The translations under genes and the position numbers were made by a program. A stretch of DNA of 63,343 bases, filler included, from Chrysochromulina tobinii (Eukaryota): NCBI GenBank assembly GCA_001275005.1. It is 9 parts of 9 records of this genome, joined end to end, with 100 filler letters (N's around TTAATTAATTAA, not from the genome) between each part and the next. Parts side by side here need not be neighbours in the genome. Positions count along the whole stretch, not along the records: positions 37,617 to 46,145 come from JWZX01000293.1; positions 46,246 to 55,289 come from JWZX01000294.1; 7 more parts are not named here. The stretch is one strand, 5' to 3'. Shown piece by piece: positions 41,464 through 52,400 of this stretch (its first letter is position 1; the number at the start of each line of letters is the position of its first letter). Under the pieces are notes generated by a model. It was given only the letters and a program-made list of their open reading frames with translations. It made no database searches and had not been told where the DNA came from.

Positions 41464-42179
41464 CGCACAAATAGGACGCGCTCACGAGCCAGAGTGCGAG
41501 CCACACGCGTCGATGGGCCGAAGGTGCGCTTTACAAAACGAGCTTTGCGCAATACCGGCAAACCCCCCCTCCCCCCCCCCCCCTCGCCTTCCTGCGAGGC
41601 TCTCTCTCCGTCGTGCGCGTCTTCACCTCCTAGCCCTTTGGCAAAGTAATTTGGAGGACCGAAACATAGCGAAGAAGAGGTGTGGAAGCATTGGGTGCGG
41701 AAAAGGTTGGGAAGAGGTCAATTATACAGGAACGCATGCAGCACAGAAACACGGCGAGGGCAACTCTCTGCTGAAACGCACAGATGGAGATTCCCGGTAC
41801 TTGCCGTCACCCCGGGCCTCACACGTGCAATGCTCACGTACATGTCAATTGGTACATGTACATGTAGCTTTCCCGCGTGTTCAAGTTCAAGTTACTTCGT
41901 AAACAACAGACAACCTAACGGAAGCCCATCGAATGTGCTCTCTAAGCTAGCAGTGGGGGTGAGAGTCGTCGGAGATGGTGAGACATAACGGAAGGATCAC
42001 GAGCGGGAAGGAGACTTGAACTTGAACTTGAACTTGAACTTGAACTTCCCGCGTGCTGTTTAACCCGTTCCGAGCAGAGTTGAGAGTACGTCGCATGTTA
42101 GGGAACTTCATGGGGTAATCGAACTTCATGCGCATCGACGAACATATTTTGTGAAAAAGAATCTCTATTCCCGCCGCTT

Positions 42180-42863
42180 GTGAGTGCTTGGGGGCGCCTG
42201 ATGGTGGCCTTTGCGTCGGCCTCGCCGGGTCGGACCGCCCCTCCACCTCTGCAGCTGCAGAAGCGTGCCGATCCCTCTTGGGGGAGAGATCCGGTCGCAC
42301 AGTTCGGCCACTGCCTCCTGACGCCGCTCACGATCATCGGAAAGCTGCTCCAACGCGACCTCCTGGAAGACAGCAAGTATCCACGTCAAGAAACACCGTG
42401 CACGAGCCGCGGCAGCTCGGTATCATCTGGGCTATCGACGCCGGCGCGCTGCGGGTGCTCCCGGCAGGCCACGTCCGAGCCAGTCCATGCCCCCAATGCC
42501 CCCCGCACCCCGACGTCGCCGTCGTCTCACAACTCACCCTCGGTGCTCGGCACGAGCCTGCCGACGCCGATTCCGACGCTTCCGCCTACACTGCGCCAGG
42601 TGCAGCTGCGCTCTCTGGACCCGCTAAGCCTCGAGGACGATGATGCTGAGTGGGGCGACGTGGACGACAACTGCGGAATCGAGAATACGAATACCGCGGG
42701 GGAGACGCCGAGGAGGTCGTCACGGCGCGCGGTGGCCTCGGCGGGCGCCACTTGGGGTGACGATGACGCGCCCGACGCGGAGCATCGCGCGTTGCCGCCC
42801 CCGCCTCGCGACGACAGCGCGGCGGCAGCCGAGGGGCTGCAACTCTTCGAGTTCGACATGTGA
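42180..42863 (+). CDS. Hypothetical Ser/Pro/acidic protein
   Basis: 227-codon ORF without recognisable domain; start uncertain. Confidence 0.25.
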   Translation: MSAWGRLMVAFASASPGRTAPPPLQLQKRADPSWGRDPVAQFGHCLLTPLTIIGKLLQRDLLEDSKYPRQETPCTSRGSSVSSGLSTPARCGCSRQATSEPVHAPNAPRTPTSPSSHNSPSVLGTSLPTPIPTLPPTLRQVQLRSLDPLSLEDDDAEWGDVDDNCGIENTNTAGETPRRSSRRAVASAGATWGDDDAPDAEHRALPPPPRDDSAAAAEGLQLFEFDM

Positions 42864-43307
42864 GCGTTCGCCGTTGCGCAGACAGTGCGCAGGTCTTGGC
42901 CGTCGCTTTGGTGCCGCCGCCCGCAAGGCGAACGCGGCGCACCCCATCCCACAACCCGTCCCTTCTCATGCATGTGCGCATGCCCACGTTCGGTCATGTA
43001 CGATCGTGCACACAGAGTGCGAGCGGAGGACCGATACCCGCGTTGGGTGTCGCACCCCAGAGGCAAAGCAGCCACATCCGCGTTACAGAATGATGTAGAC
43101 ACGCTGCAGGACTGCCGCATCAGAGAACCAGCGGGGTACCCAGCGAGAAGTTAAGAGTGTGCGCACGCATGAGTGCAGCATGATGATAGGTGTGCCATAC
43201 AATCCAATAATCGGAGAGATGTCCGTGGACGGCGGGGACGACGGACGCGCGGCGGCCCCCGGTTTCAGCCTTTCACGTGGGGGTGCGGTCCGGCCCGACG
43301 GTCAAAG

Positions 43308-43375
43308 TGCACCCGACCCGACCCCGCGGGGGAAGCGGATATGCACCCGACCCGACCCCGCGGGGGAAGCGGATA
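43308..43375. repeat. 34-bp perfect tandem duplication
   Basis: tgcacccgacccgaccccgcgggggaagcggata x2. Confidence 0.9.
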
Positions 43376-43590
43376 AATTTTTATCGTTTTTCGCGCCGTC
43401 CCGCACCGTAACGTGCGCGCAAAGCCCCACAGCCTGCTCCCAGCACGCCATTGCCGATTCATCCGGGCCTGACATCGACGGTGCACGGTCACGACCCCGA
43501 CACCCCGTGCGGCTGAGCGCCGTGGGCGTAATCTTCCGGCACGCTGTGCGCCCCAGCTTCTATACCGTTCCAGCGCCGGCCATCGTCCTC

Positions 43591-46145
43591 TCAGACGGAC
43601 GTGGACACGAGGCTGCCCGTACGCCCTCGGCTGTCGTCCATCCGGGGTAACCTCGTCGGCATCTCGTTCAACTCGAACGCGCGCGTCGGGGGGGCCGCCA
43701 GCTCGTTGGTGGCGCCGGGATTGGCCCCGAAGGCGGTCAGCCCAGGCCCGTTGGTGGCGCCGGGAACGGCCCCGAAGGCGGTGGTGTGATGAAGGCGACT
43801 TCGTCCCGGTCGGAAGGCGGAGGTGCGCAGGGCGTCGTCCTGGGCGTCGCCCAGGGCATCGCCTTGGCTGCGAGGGGAAGGGAGGGGTGTGGGGAGGGGT
43901 GTGGGGAGGGCGAGCATGTATTGCTGGCGCTGCCGAGTGTACTGCTCAAGCTGCTCGAGGGCTGAGGCAGGCAAGCTGTTTGGGATGGCCGGCTCAGAGG
44001 GGGCGACGTGAATCTCCCACACGCGTCCTCTCGCGCCGTCCCGAGCGTCCCAATCGGGCGGCGCGGCACTTAGTCCGAAGCCCACCCTGGCGCCATGGTC
44101 CACCTGCCGCGAGTCACGCCGCCATCCCAAATTTGGAATCGCAAAGGACAACGTGCGAGCGCCGTCCCGATCATGCGCGCCGTCCCGATCATGCGCGCCG
44201 TCCCGAGCACGCGCGTCGTCCCGAGCAAGCGCGTCGTCCCGAGCAAGCGCGCCGTCCCGCTGGCCTCCGGAGCCGTTGGTGTGATGATCCCTGGCGCTGC
44301 TGCTGTCGGTGGCTTCTCGCTGCAGTTCGGCTCGGCGGCACGCGGCGGCGGCTCGGCGGGCACGTGCGACACTCTCTCTCGAGAGGCTCGACTGAAGGTC
44401 TTCGTAGAACCGGATGATGTTCCGCTGCAAGAAGAGCGTGTCGCGCACCTTGCGCACGCGCAGCAGGTGCTGGTTGGCCTCGAGCGGGCGCATGCGTTTC
44501 ACTTGCATCAGCCAGGCCATCGCGATGGCGGCGGAGCGTCCGCGGCCTGACTGGCAGTGGATGTACACGCCCCCGCCGCGCTTGCGATGGTGCTCGATGA
44601 ACGAGACGGCCGTTCGCATCACCTCGACGGTTGGCTCGAGGTGCGCCACGGTCTTGAGCCAGAGCAACGAGATGCCCTTCTTGCGATACACGTGGTGAAG
44701 CCCCTTGTACTCATCGCAGAGGTTGACGATCCCTTGGACGTTGAGAATCTCGAGCTCGCGCAGCTGGCTGTGGAAGAGCGGCGCCTGCCCAAGGAATATC
44801 CGCGGCGATCCGTGTTCATCCGTGGCCATCTGAGGCCATCCGTGGCCATCAGCGGCCATCAGTGGCCATCCGTGGCCATCAGCAGCCATCAGTGGCCATC
44901 AGTGGCAATCAGTGGAAATCAGTGGCAATCAGGTGCACTCAGTGGTCATCAGAGGTCATCAGAGGTCGTCAGAGGTCGTCTGAGGTCATCAGAGGTCGTC
45001 ACCTGCCCGATGATCACGGGCGGGCCTCCATCGCCGTCGTCCACATACGCCCACCAACGCGCCTTGAATGTCCTCTGGTGTCCATAAATGGTGCAAGGCA
45101 GGCATGGGCGGAAGTACAGACGGCCGATCCACTTGGCCATGCAGTAGGGCAGCAGGTGCTTCTGGAAGCACAAGTAGGGCAGCAGGATGCAAGCGAGCCC
45201 GAGAGGCACCCACAGGAAGAGAGCCCATAGCGAGCACAAGAAAGCGAGCAGCGGGCCCTCAAGCCAGCGCCGGGTCGGGCGCGTCATTCCTTGATAGAAG
45301 AAGTCGTACACGAGAGCGTACCTAATTTGGGAGGCACTCGCTCGCAATCAGGGGCCATCAGGGACCATCAGGGGAAGAAGTCGTAGACGAGAGCGTACCA
45401 GAAGGCAAACCAGCTGAGGCCGGAGGAGTTCGCCACCACGAGCGTGTCGCTCGGCAGCCTCACGCCGCTGCTCAAGGCGATGCTCACCGTCGCGGCACTC
45501 GTCGCCACGATCGTTACGCCTGAGCTGTCAAGAACGGACTGCAGGGCGATGAGCGTCGCAACGGTCGACAGTGCCGCCGACTGCGCCGCCGCCGCCTGTT
45601 GGACAGACATGACTGGGAACGTGGCCACGACGTTGACGGACGCGGCGGTTATCTGAAGCATCGACCCCGCTGGAGGCACGGCTCCGAGGCCGAGTGCTCG
45701 AGACAGCGCTCTGAGGAGGAGACGGCGACCAGTTTCGTCAAAGTCCGTTGGGGAGCCTGACGCGACGAAGGCGACGGAGACGGACGCGCTGGCAACGGGC
45801 GGCGATGGCGCCTCGCCACTGCCAGAGCCGACCTCGCCACTGCCAGAGCCGACCTCGCCGTCACCTAAATCATCTTCCGGCGGCGAGGGTGGCGGCGGCG
45901 AGGGTGGCGGCGGCGAGGGTGGCGGCGGCGAGGGTGGCGGCGGCGAGGGAGGCGACGGCGAGGGTGGCGGCGGCGAGGGAGGCGACGGCGAGGGTGGCGG
46001 CGGCGAGGGTGGCGGCGGCGAAGGTGGCGGCGGCGAAGGTGGCGGCGAAGGTGGCAGCGGCGAGGGTGGCGGCGAAGGTGGCGGCGGCCTGGGAGGCGGC
46101 GAGGGTGGCGGCGGGCTTGGCGGCGGCGGCGAGGGGGGTGGCGAG
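43591..46145 (-). CDS. Receptor-like PTPMT1-type dual-specificity phosphatase (SPPP stalk, TM helices, DSP domain), 5' partial; exons 45399..46145, 45003..45321, 43591..44784
   Basis: (SPPPP)n; hydrophobic segments; RLYFRPCLP..RWWAYVD..IGQ|APLF..GIVNLCDEY..HCQSGRGRSAA; introns 45322..45398 and 44785..45002 restore the frame. Confidence 0.85.
44785..45002 (-). mobile_element. Satellite intron (donor-carrying class): GTGACG + ~18 10-nt units + decayed copy of upstream exon end
   Basis: ctgatgacct/ctgattgcca/ctgatggcca array; intron end ggatcgccgcggatattccttgggcag vs exon end ggaggcccgcccgtgatcatcgggcag (17/27, colinear). Confidence 0.65.
45322..45398 (-). mobile_element. Satellite intron (acceptor-carrying class) starting with a 25-nt copy of the downstream exon
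   Basis: 45374..45398 matches 45297..45321 at 24/25; then ccctgatggt-type 10-mers x3 and ...cccaaattAG. Confidence 0.75.
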
Positions 46146-46245
46146 NNNNNNNNNNNNNNNNNNNNNNNNNNNNNNNNNNNNNNNNNNNNTTAATTAATTA
46201 ANNNNNNNNNNNNNNNNNNNNNNNNNNNNNNNNNNNNNNNNNNNN
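46146..46245. other. Artificial contig spacer
   Basis: N44-TTAATTAATTAA-N44. Confidence 0.98.
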
Positions 46246-46246
46246 A

Positions 46247-49076
46247 GAGCATGCGAGCTATACACGGCTGAACAACATGCTCGCTGGCCGATTTGCCGCA
46301 GGCATGGTACGTACCGTCATCGCACGAGGCAAGAAGCTTGACTCGTACTTTGCTGCCATCAAGGCGTCCGCGGCCACGTCTCTTGTCATCGATCTCTCAA
46401 ATCTGATAAAGTGCACCGACAAGGAGCTGAAACTCCTCACGGCGGCACTGCCCAATTCACTCGAGTCGCTCAACTTGCAACTCAAGGGCACTAAGGCCAC
46501 GGAGGAGGGCGTCACAGCTCTCTTCAAGCACGTGTGCAACCTCCCGCGGATGCGACGCCTCGAATCGGATGCTCTCGCATCAACGCACATGCCGCTCGTG
46601 ATGAAGATGGCCATGCTTGAAGAGTTCCCCGCCAGGGGGCGTTGGTTTCCTTGTGCGATGGCTCTCATCAATGCGGCAGCAAAGCGTGCCACTACTCTCA
46701 AGTCTCTCGACGCATCTCTCGACTCTAATTTCAGAGACGGCGCTCCTGCTGAGGGGCACGAGATGGGAGTACAGATTGGCAAGGTGCTTGAGGGCAATGC
46801 CATCAGATCGGTATGGTCTCCAACCCACAAACCCACGCCTGCGTCACAAATCAGCACCTTGCATGTGCATCACCGGCTCTACGCTTCCCGATTCCCTGGT
46901 GCACATGTGCTCTCGTTTGCAGCTCGACTTGAGAGGGAACAGGCTTGGTCCAGCGGGTGCTGCGGCTCTTGCGCTTGGGCTCGCTGCTAATTGCTCGCTG
47001 ACGGCCCTGAATTTGTCCTCTAACCGCCTCGAGGATGAGGGCGCAAGCGCAGTCTGCAAGGCCATCCAGAGTAACATGGAGACCAAGCTCGCGTCGCTCA
47101 ACTTCGAGAGTAATGGAATCGGTCCAGCTGGAGCAAATGAAGTGGCGGCTATGGTAGCCGTCACAGGCGCATTGACTGAGGTATGCTGAGCTCTAGCCCA
47201 GATGTGCTCCCTCTTGCACTGACATCTGGAGGTCCCTCATGCATAGGTGAACTTGGATGGGTTTGCTCTTCCTGTCAAGAAGCTCCAGAGCACCAATCCC
47301 GTGGAGACGCTTGACCTCTCAGGCAAGAATCTCGGCGTTGCCTCTGCGGTTGTGATCGCCTCCTTGATTTGTGCCAATTGCGCGCTGACGAGCCTGGACA
47401 TCTCCAACAACTCACTCTGCGGAGTGAACGCCTACGCCGGCACCTACACTGCAGAGGGGATCACGGCGATTGCCGACGCTCTGCGCGTCAATGGCGGGCT
47501 GACCAAAATATCTCTCGCCAAAAACGTGTTGGGGGAGGAGGGCACCAAGGCCATCTGTGAGGCTCTAGAACAGAACAAGACGCTCAAGGAGCTTGACATC
47601 AGCGGCGATAGATTCGAAAAGAGCACCATTGGTGGGACAGCAGGAGCCAAGCATGTGGCCAAGATGCTTGGCGTCAACGGCGCGCTGACAGGCATCGACC
47701 TCTCCGGAAACCAGCTGTGTGGCATCTGGACTGACGACGATGGCGACCAAAATGGCACCTACACAGCAGAGGGCATCACCGCAATCGCCGACGCCCTGCG
47801 TGTTAATGGCGGGCTGACGAGCCTCAACCTCAGCTCCAACCAGCTGTGCGGCCTCGATCATCGTGGAAGAGGAACTTATACTGCAGAGGGCATCACAGCG
47901 ATTGCCGACGCTCTGCGCGTCAATGGCGCGCTGACGGAGCTGTCGCTCGCCCAAAACAAGTTGGAGGAGGAGGGCACCAAAGCCATCTGCGAGGCACTAG
48001 AACAGAACACGACGCTCAAGGAGCTTGACATCAGCGGCGGGTACGAAGGCGACATCGGCGGGTCAGCAGGTGCCAAGCATGTAGCCAAGATGCTTGGCGT
48101 CAATGGCGCGCTGACGAGCCTGGACCTCTCCAACAACCAGCTGTGCGGCCTCAATCATTATGGGCGTGGAACTTACACTGCAGAGGGGATCACAGCGATT
48201 GCCGACGCTCTCCTTGTCAATAGCACGCTGACGAAGCTGTCGCTAGCCCAAAACAAGCTGGAGGAGGCGGGCACCAAAGCCATCTGCGAGGCACTAGAAC
48301 AGAACATGACGCTCAAGGAGCTTGACATCAGGCGGGAATTTTGGATAGGCAGCAACACTGGTGGTTCAGCAGGAGCTAAGCACGTGGCCAAGATGGTACG
48401 TGTCAATGGCGGGCTGACGAGCATCGACCTCTCCGGAAACAAGCTGAGCGGCATCTGGACTGACAGCTATGGCAACCAACGAGGCGCCTTCACTGCAGAG
48501 GGCATCACTGCAATCGCCGACGCCCTGCGCGTTAATGGCGCGCTGACGGTGACCAACCTCCTGGGCAATCAGCTTGATGCAGAGTCCGCCAAGATGCTCG
48601 CTGAGGTTGCCAAGCAGAAGGGCATCTCGCTCTGCGGCATCCAGCGTGACCAGACCACCGCTGACTTCTCCAACCAGAACCTCAAGCCGCCCGATGCTAT
48701 CCTGCTGGCGTCGGACCTGTTACAGGCCGATGTCACAGGCGGGCTGACGAGCCTCAACCTCAGCTCCAACGAGCTGTGCGGCCTCCATAAGGATGGGTGC
48801 GGAACTTACACTGCAGAGGGCATCGCAGCGATTGCCGACGCTCTGCGCGTTAATGGCGGGCTGACGAGCCTGGACCTCTCCAACAACGCACTCTGCGGAG
48901 TGACCCGCTTTGGTGGCACCTACACTGCAGAGGGGATCACAGCAATTGCCGACGCTCTGCGCGTCAATGGCGCATTGACTGAGTGCGACCTCTCGCATAA
49001 CGGCTTGGGCGAGGAAGGGAAGGCCTCCATTCGTTTCGCAGCGCAAGGAAAGGCTGGTTTCAAGCTGCATCTGTGA
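46247..49076 (+). CDS. RI-type (NLRC3-like) leucine-rich-repeat protein, 5' partial; exons ..46810, 46923..47180, 47247..49076
   Basis: LTSLDLSNNQLCG..GTYTAEGITAIADALRVNG repeats; GT-AG introns 46811..46922 and 47181..47246 keep the frame. Confidence 0.9.
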
Positions 49077-49477
49077 GCTGCAACTGTGGTCTGTGCGCGT
49101 GCTCTGCGTCTCTGTTAATTAGGGTGCTCTGGTGTGAATCTTCGCGGTGCGCGATTCGTCATGTTTCGTTCCAGCTTCCACGGACACACATTTCATGCAC
49201 GCTCTTGTCTACCTCATCCTTGAACAGGCATGAAGCGTGCTGTTGAGCCGCCGCGCATTGGGCCAGCCGCATTGTGTTGCCATCGGCGGCAGCCATTGCC
49301 GCAGCACCCTCCCGGCGTACGTAAACGGATAACACCTTCTAGGCGATTGGTACAAACATCATCGATCAATCAGTGGCATCCCTGTCCCTGCTCCTACAGA
49401 ATGATGGCCCGCAAAACTCCAACGCCGTCGCGTCCCCGTCGGTGTCGGTCGAGACGGTCTCATCTGACTCTAAACCA

Positions 49478-52400
49478 CTAAAGGTACTTGGATAGGTCGG
49501 GCCGCTGCCGACGCATCGAGGCGGCGGGGACTTCGAAGGACGCCCGGCTGCGCGCGGCGCCTGCGCCCGCGACGGAGCCCGCGCCCGGAGCCTTCGAGCG
49601 GCCTGCGCACAGCTTATCCCATGCGGGCGAGGGCGCGATGCGATCGTACAGCCCCGCACTCGCCGCGGGCACCGGCTCGCCGGGTGCGCGGGGTGTCAGT
49701 CCGTGGAGCAGCGCGCACAGCTCGGCGGGGAACGAGGGCGGCGTCGTCGCACGCTCCCGCTCGAGGCGCCAGCGCAGCATCTCGCTCCAGACGGCCCGGT
49801 CGACCAGCGGCGGCGCGATGAGCGAGAGCGTATCGGCAAGGAGGGCTTCCTTGATTTGGTAGTCTAGGGGGTTGTCTCGCGTGAGCTGCGGCGACGAGTT
49901 GACCTCGATCAGCCACGGCTTGAGCTGTGCGTCGATCAGGACATCATACCCGAAGAGCTCAAAGCTATTTGGCGACGCGGGGATCGCCTCGTGCACTGCG
50001 TACAGGGAGCGCAGGATCACGTCGACGATCCGCGCCCAGAGCACGTCGACGTCCATCCCAGCAGCCGCCAAGCGCCGCTTGAGCTGCGAGAGGGCCACCT
50101 TCGTCCCACCCTTCTCGGCGTCGACACCGGGCACCGCGGCGGCGCGTTGGGCGTCCGGCTGCTCCTTTTGGATCGAGGAATTCGTCAGATGGACGAAGAG
50201 GTTGCGCAGCTGCGTGAGCGAGAGTGTGAACGGCTCGGTCGCGAAACGGCCGAAGCCCTCGCGGTACAAGAAAGCCTCGAGAGGGTGCGTCGAGGTGACG
50301 CACACGTACAGCCGCAAGTCAAACTTGTACCCGTCGAGCAGCAGTGGATCTGCAACGTACCGTTGGATGACCATGGGCTCTCCGTACGCTACGTCGGAGA
50401 TGTCGGCCACCATCGAGATGCCTGTGGGGAGAGGGGGGGGGGGCGTGGTGAGCACATGCATGCCGAGCGTCGCCGGTCACCGAGCCGTCGAGCTGCACGT
50501 ACCTCTCCCTCGGGAGAGACCGACCGGCTTGAGGATCCATAAGTTCGTGGCTGCCTGCGCCGCGAGTGCCGCACGAGCGAACGCGGCGCTCGTGCCCGGA
50601 TCGGCGCCGTCGCGCTGTAGGGCGGACGCCGCTGCCTCGGCCGCGGCGGCCGCCTCCTTGGCCGCATCGGCCGCCATGCTGAACGCTTCGGTGAACGCAA
50701 GCAGCTCGGCAGGCAGTGTGAACGTGAGCGGCATGATGTCGAAAGACTCAGCAAGGCGCTCGGAGAGCTGGCGCTGGCGCTGCAGGTGCTTCTTGAGCAG
50801 GTCCTTGCGGGTCAGGTGGCGCGCCTGTGGGAAATGGTTGACGCGCTGCCAGGGCAGCAGCTCGGCCCACGAGATCTTGGGCGCGCGCCACGTCCACAGC
50901 ACGTCCCACGTAGCCGAGACCATCCGCTGCGCAACCGACGAGAGGGCTCCATCAGCGGCAATCAGAGGCAATCTTGAGGACTCATGAGCAAGCAGTGGCA
51001 CCCAGATGCACTCAGATGCACTCAGATGCACTCAGATGCACTCAGATGCACTCAGATGCACTCAGATGCACTCAGATGTAATCAGTCTCACCTGTGGAAC
51101 CGACGAGGGCAACTCGAGCCAGCGCAGATGAGGGAGGCAATCATAGGTCATCAGAGGCAATCAGTCTCACCTGTGGAACCGACGAGGGCAACTCGAGCCA
51201 GCGCAGCCCATCCGCTCCAGGCCGATGCCGCCCACCCCTGATCACGTCGCGCACGATGTCGAACACCTCCTGCCTCGCCTGCTGCACACGTATGTAGCGC
51301 CAGGCCCAGCTAGGCTGCGGCGGCCCGCCCTGCGCATCAAGCGCCGTTTGGAGCGCCGCCTGGGCTTGCAAGTAACCCTGTAGCAGCGGCGCGCTCGGCA
51401 CAGCGCCCCCGAGGAGTTCCTCCACCTTGGTACACGGCGGGTGGAAGCCGTTACAGCCGTTACCGGCCTTGCCAGCCCCAGTGCCCCCCGCTTTGGTGCC
51501 AGCGCCGGCGGCGCTCAACACGACGCCGGTCGGCCGTCTCGAGCCCGACCGTGACGGGAGCACTAGCAGCAGCTGCTGGAAGAGCGACCTCGCCGCCTCC
51601 GAAAAGTCGACATGCGGAGGGACGCCCGAGCACTCGACCACAGCGGCGACGACCGCCTCCGTCGCGCACGGGAAGAGGCGCAGCAGACGCGCCGTCGCGG
51701 TCGCCGCCGTCGGGGGAACGCTGCCCACGCGCGCCGAGCCGAGCGCTGTGCCGCCCTCCTCTTCGGGCCAGTTTGGGTCCCCCGCCTCGTCCGTCGCTTC
51801 GTCCGCGGCCACGTCGACTGCCTCGTCGTCGTCGTCGTCGTCGTCGTCGTCTCCATCGATCCTCTCATCGACCACTCCGGCGGCCTGCGCTGCTCGCGTC
51901 CCATTTGGAGCCACCTGTGGGGAAGGGGGGGCGCCGTGGTGAGCACATGCATGCAAGGCAGGAGGCGGAGGCCGTTGCTCTCGTCCCATCTGGAGCTACC
52001 TCGGCGGCCTCAGCCTCCGTGGCTGTGCCCTCGTCCTCGCCCTCGTCCTCGTCGTCGTCGTTGTCGTTGTCCTCGTCGTCCTCCTCCTCGTCGTCATCGA
52101 GGAACGCCGCGAGGTTCGCTCTTGGCAGTCGCCGGAATCCCATCGACGCCGCCTCGGCCTCCGCCTCGAACGCCGCGACCTCGGCCGCCGCCTCCGCTGC
52201 TGCTGCTGCTTTTGCTGCCGCCCTGGCCCTGGCCGCCGTGGCTGCCTCTGACTTGGCCGCGTGTGCCTGTGAAGAGGCAATCAAGAGGCAATTAACGACA
52301 CTCACCTCCGCCTTGGCCGCGTGTGTGTGTGAAGAGGCAATCAAGAGGCAATCAACGACACTCACCTCCGCCTTGGCCGCGTGTGTGTGTGAAGAGACAA

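Noticed and set aside
50512..50525. Third partial copy of gggagagaccgacc
   Set aside because: Lies in the conserved TTLL coding motif PVGLSR and lacks the companion motif; likely chance.
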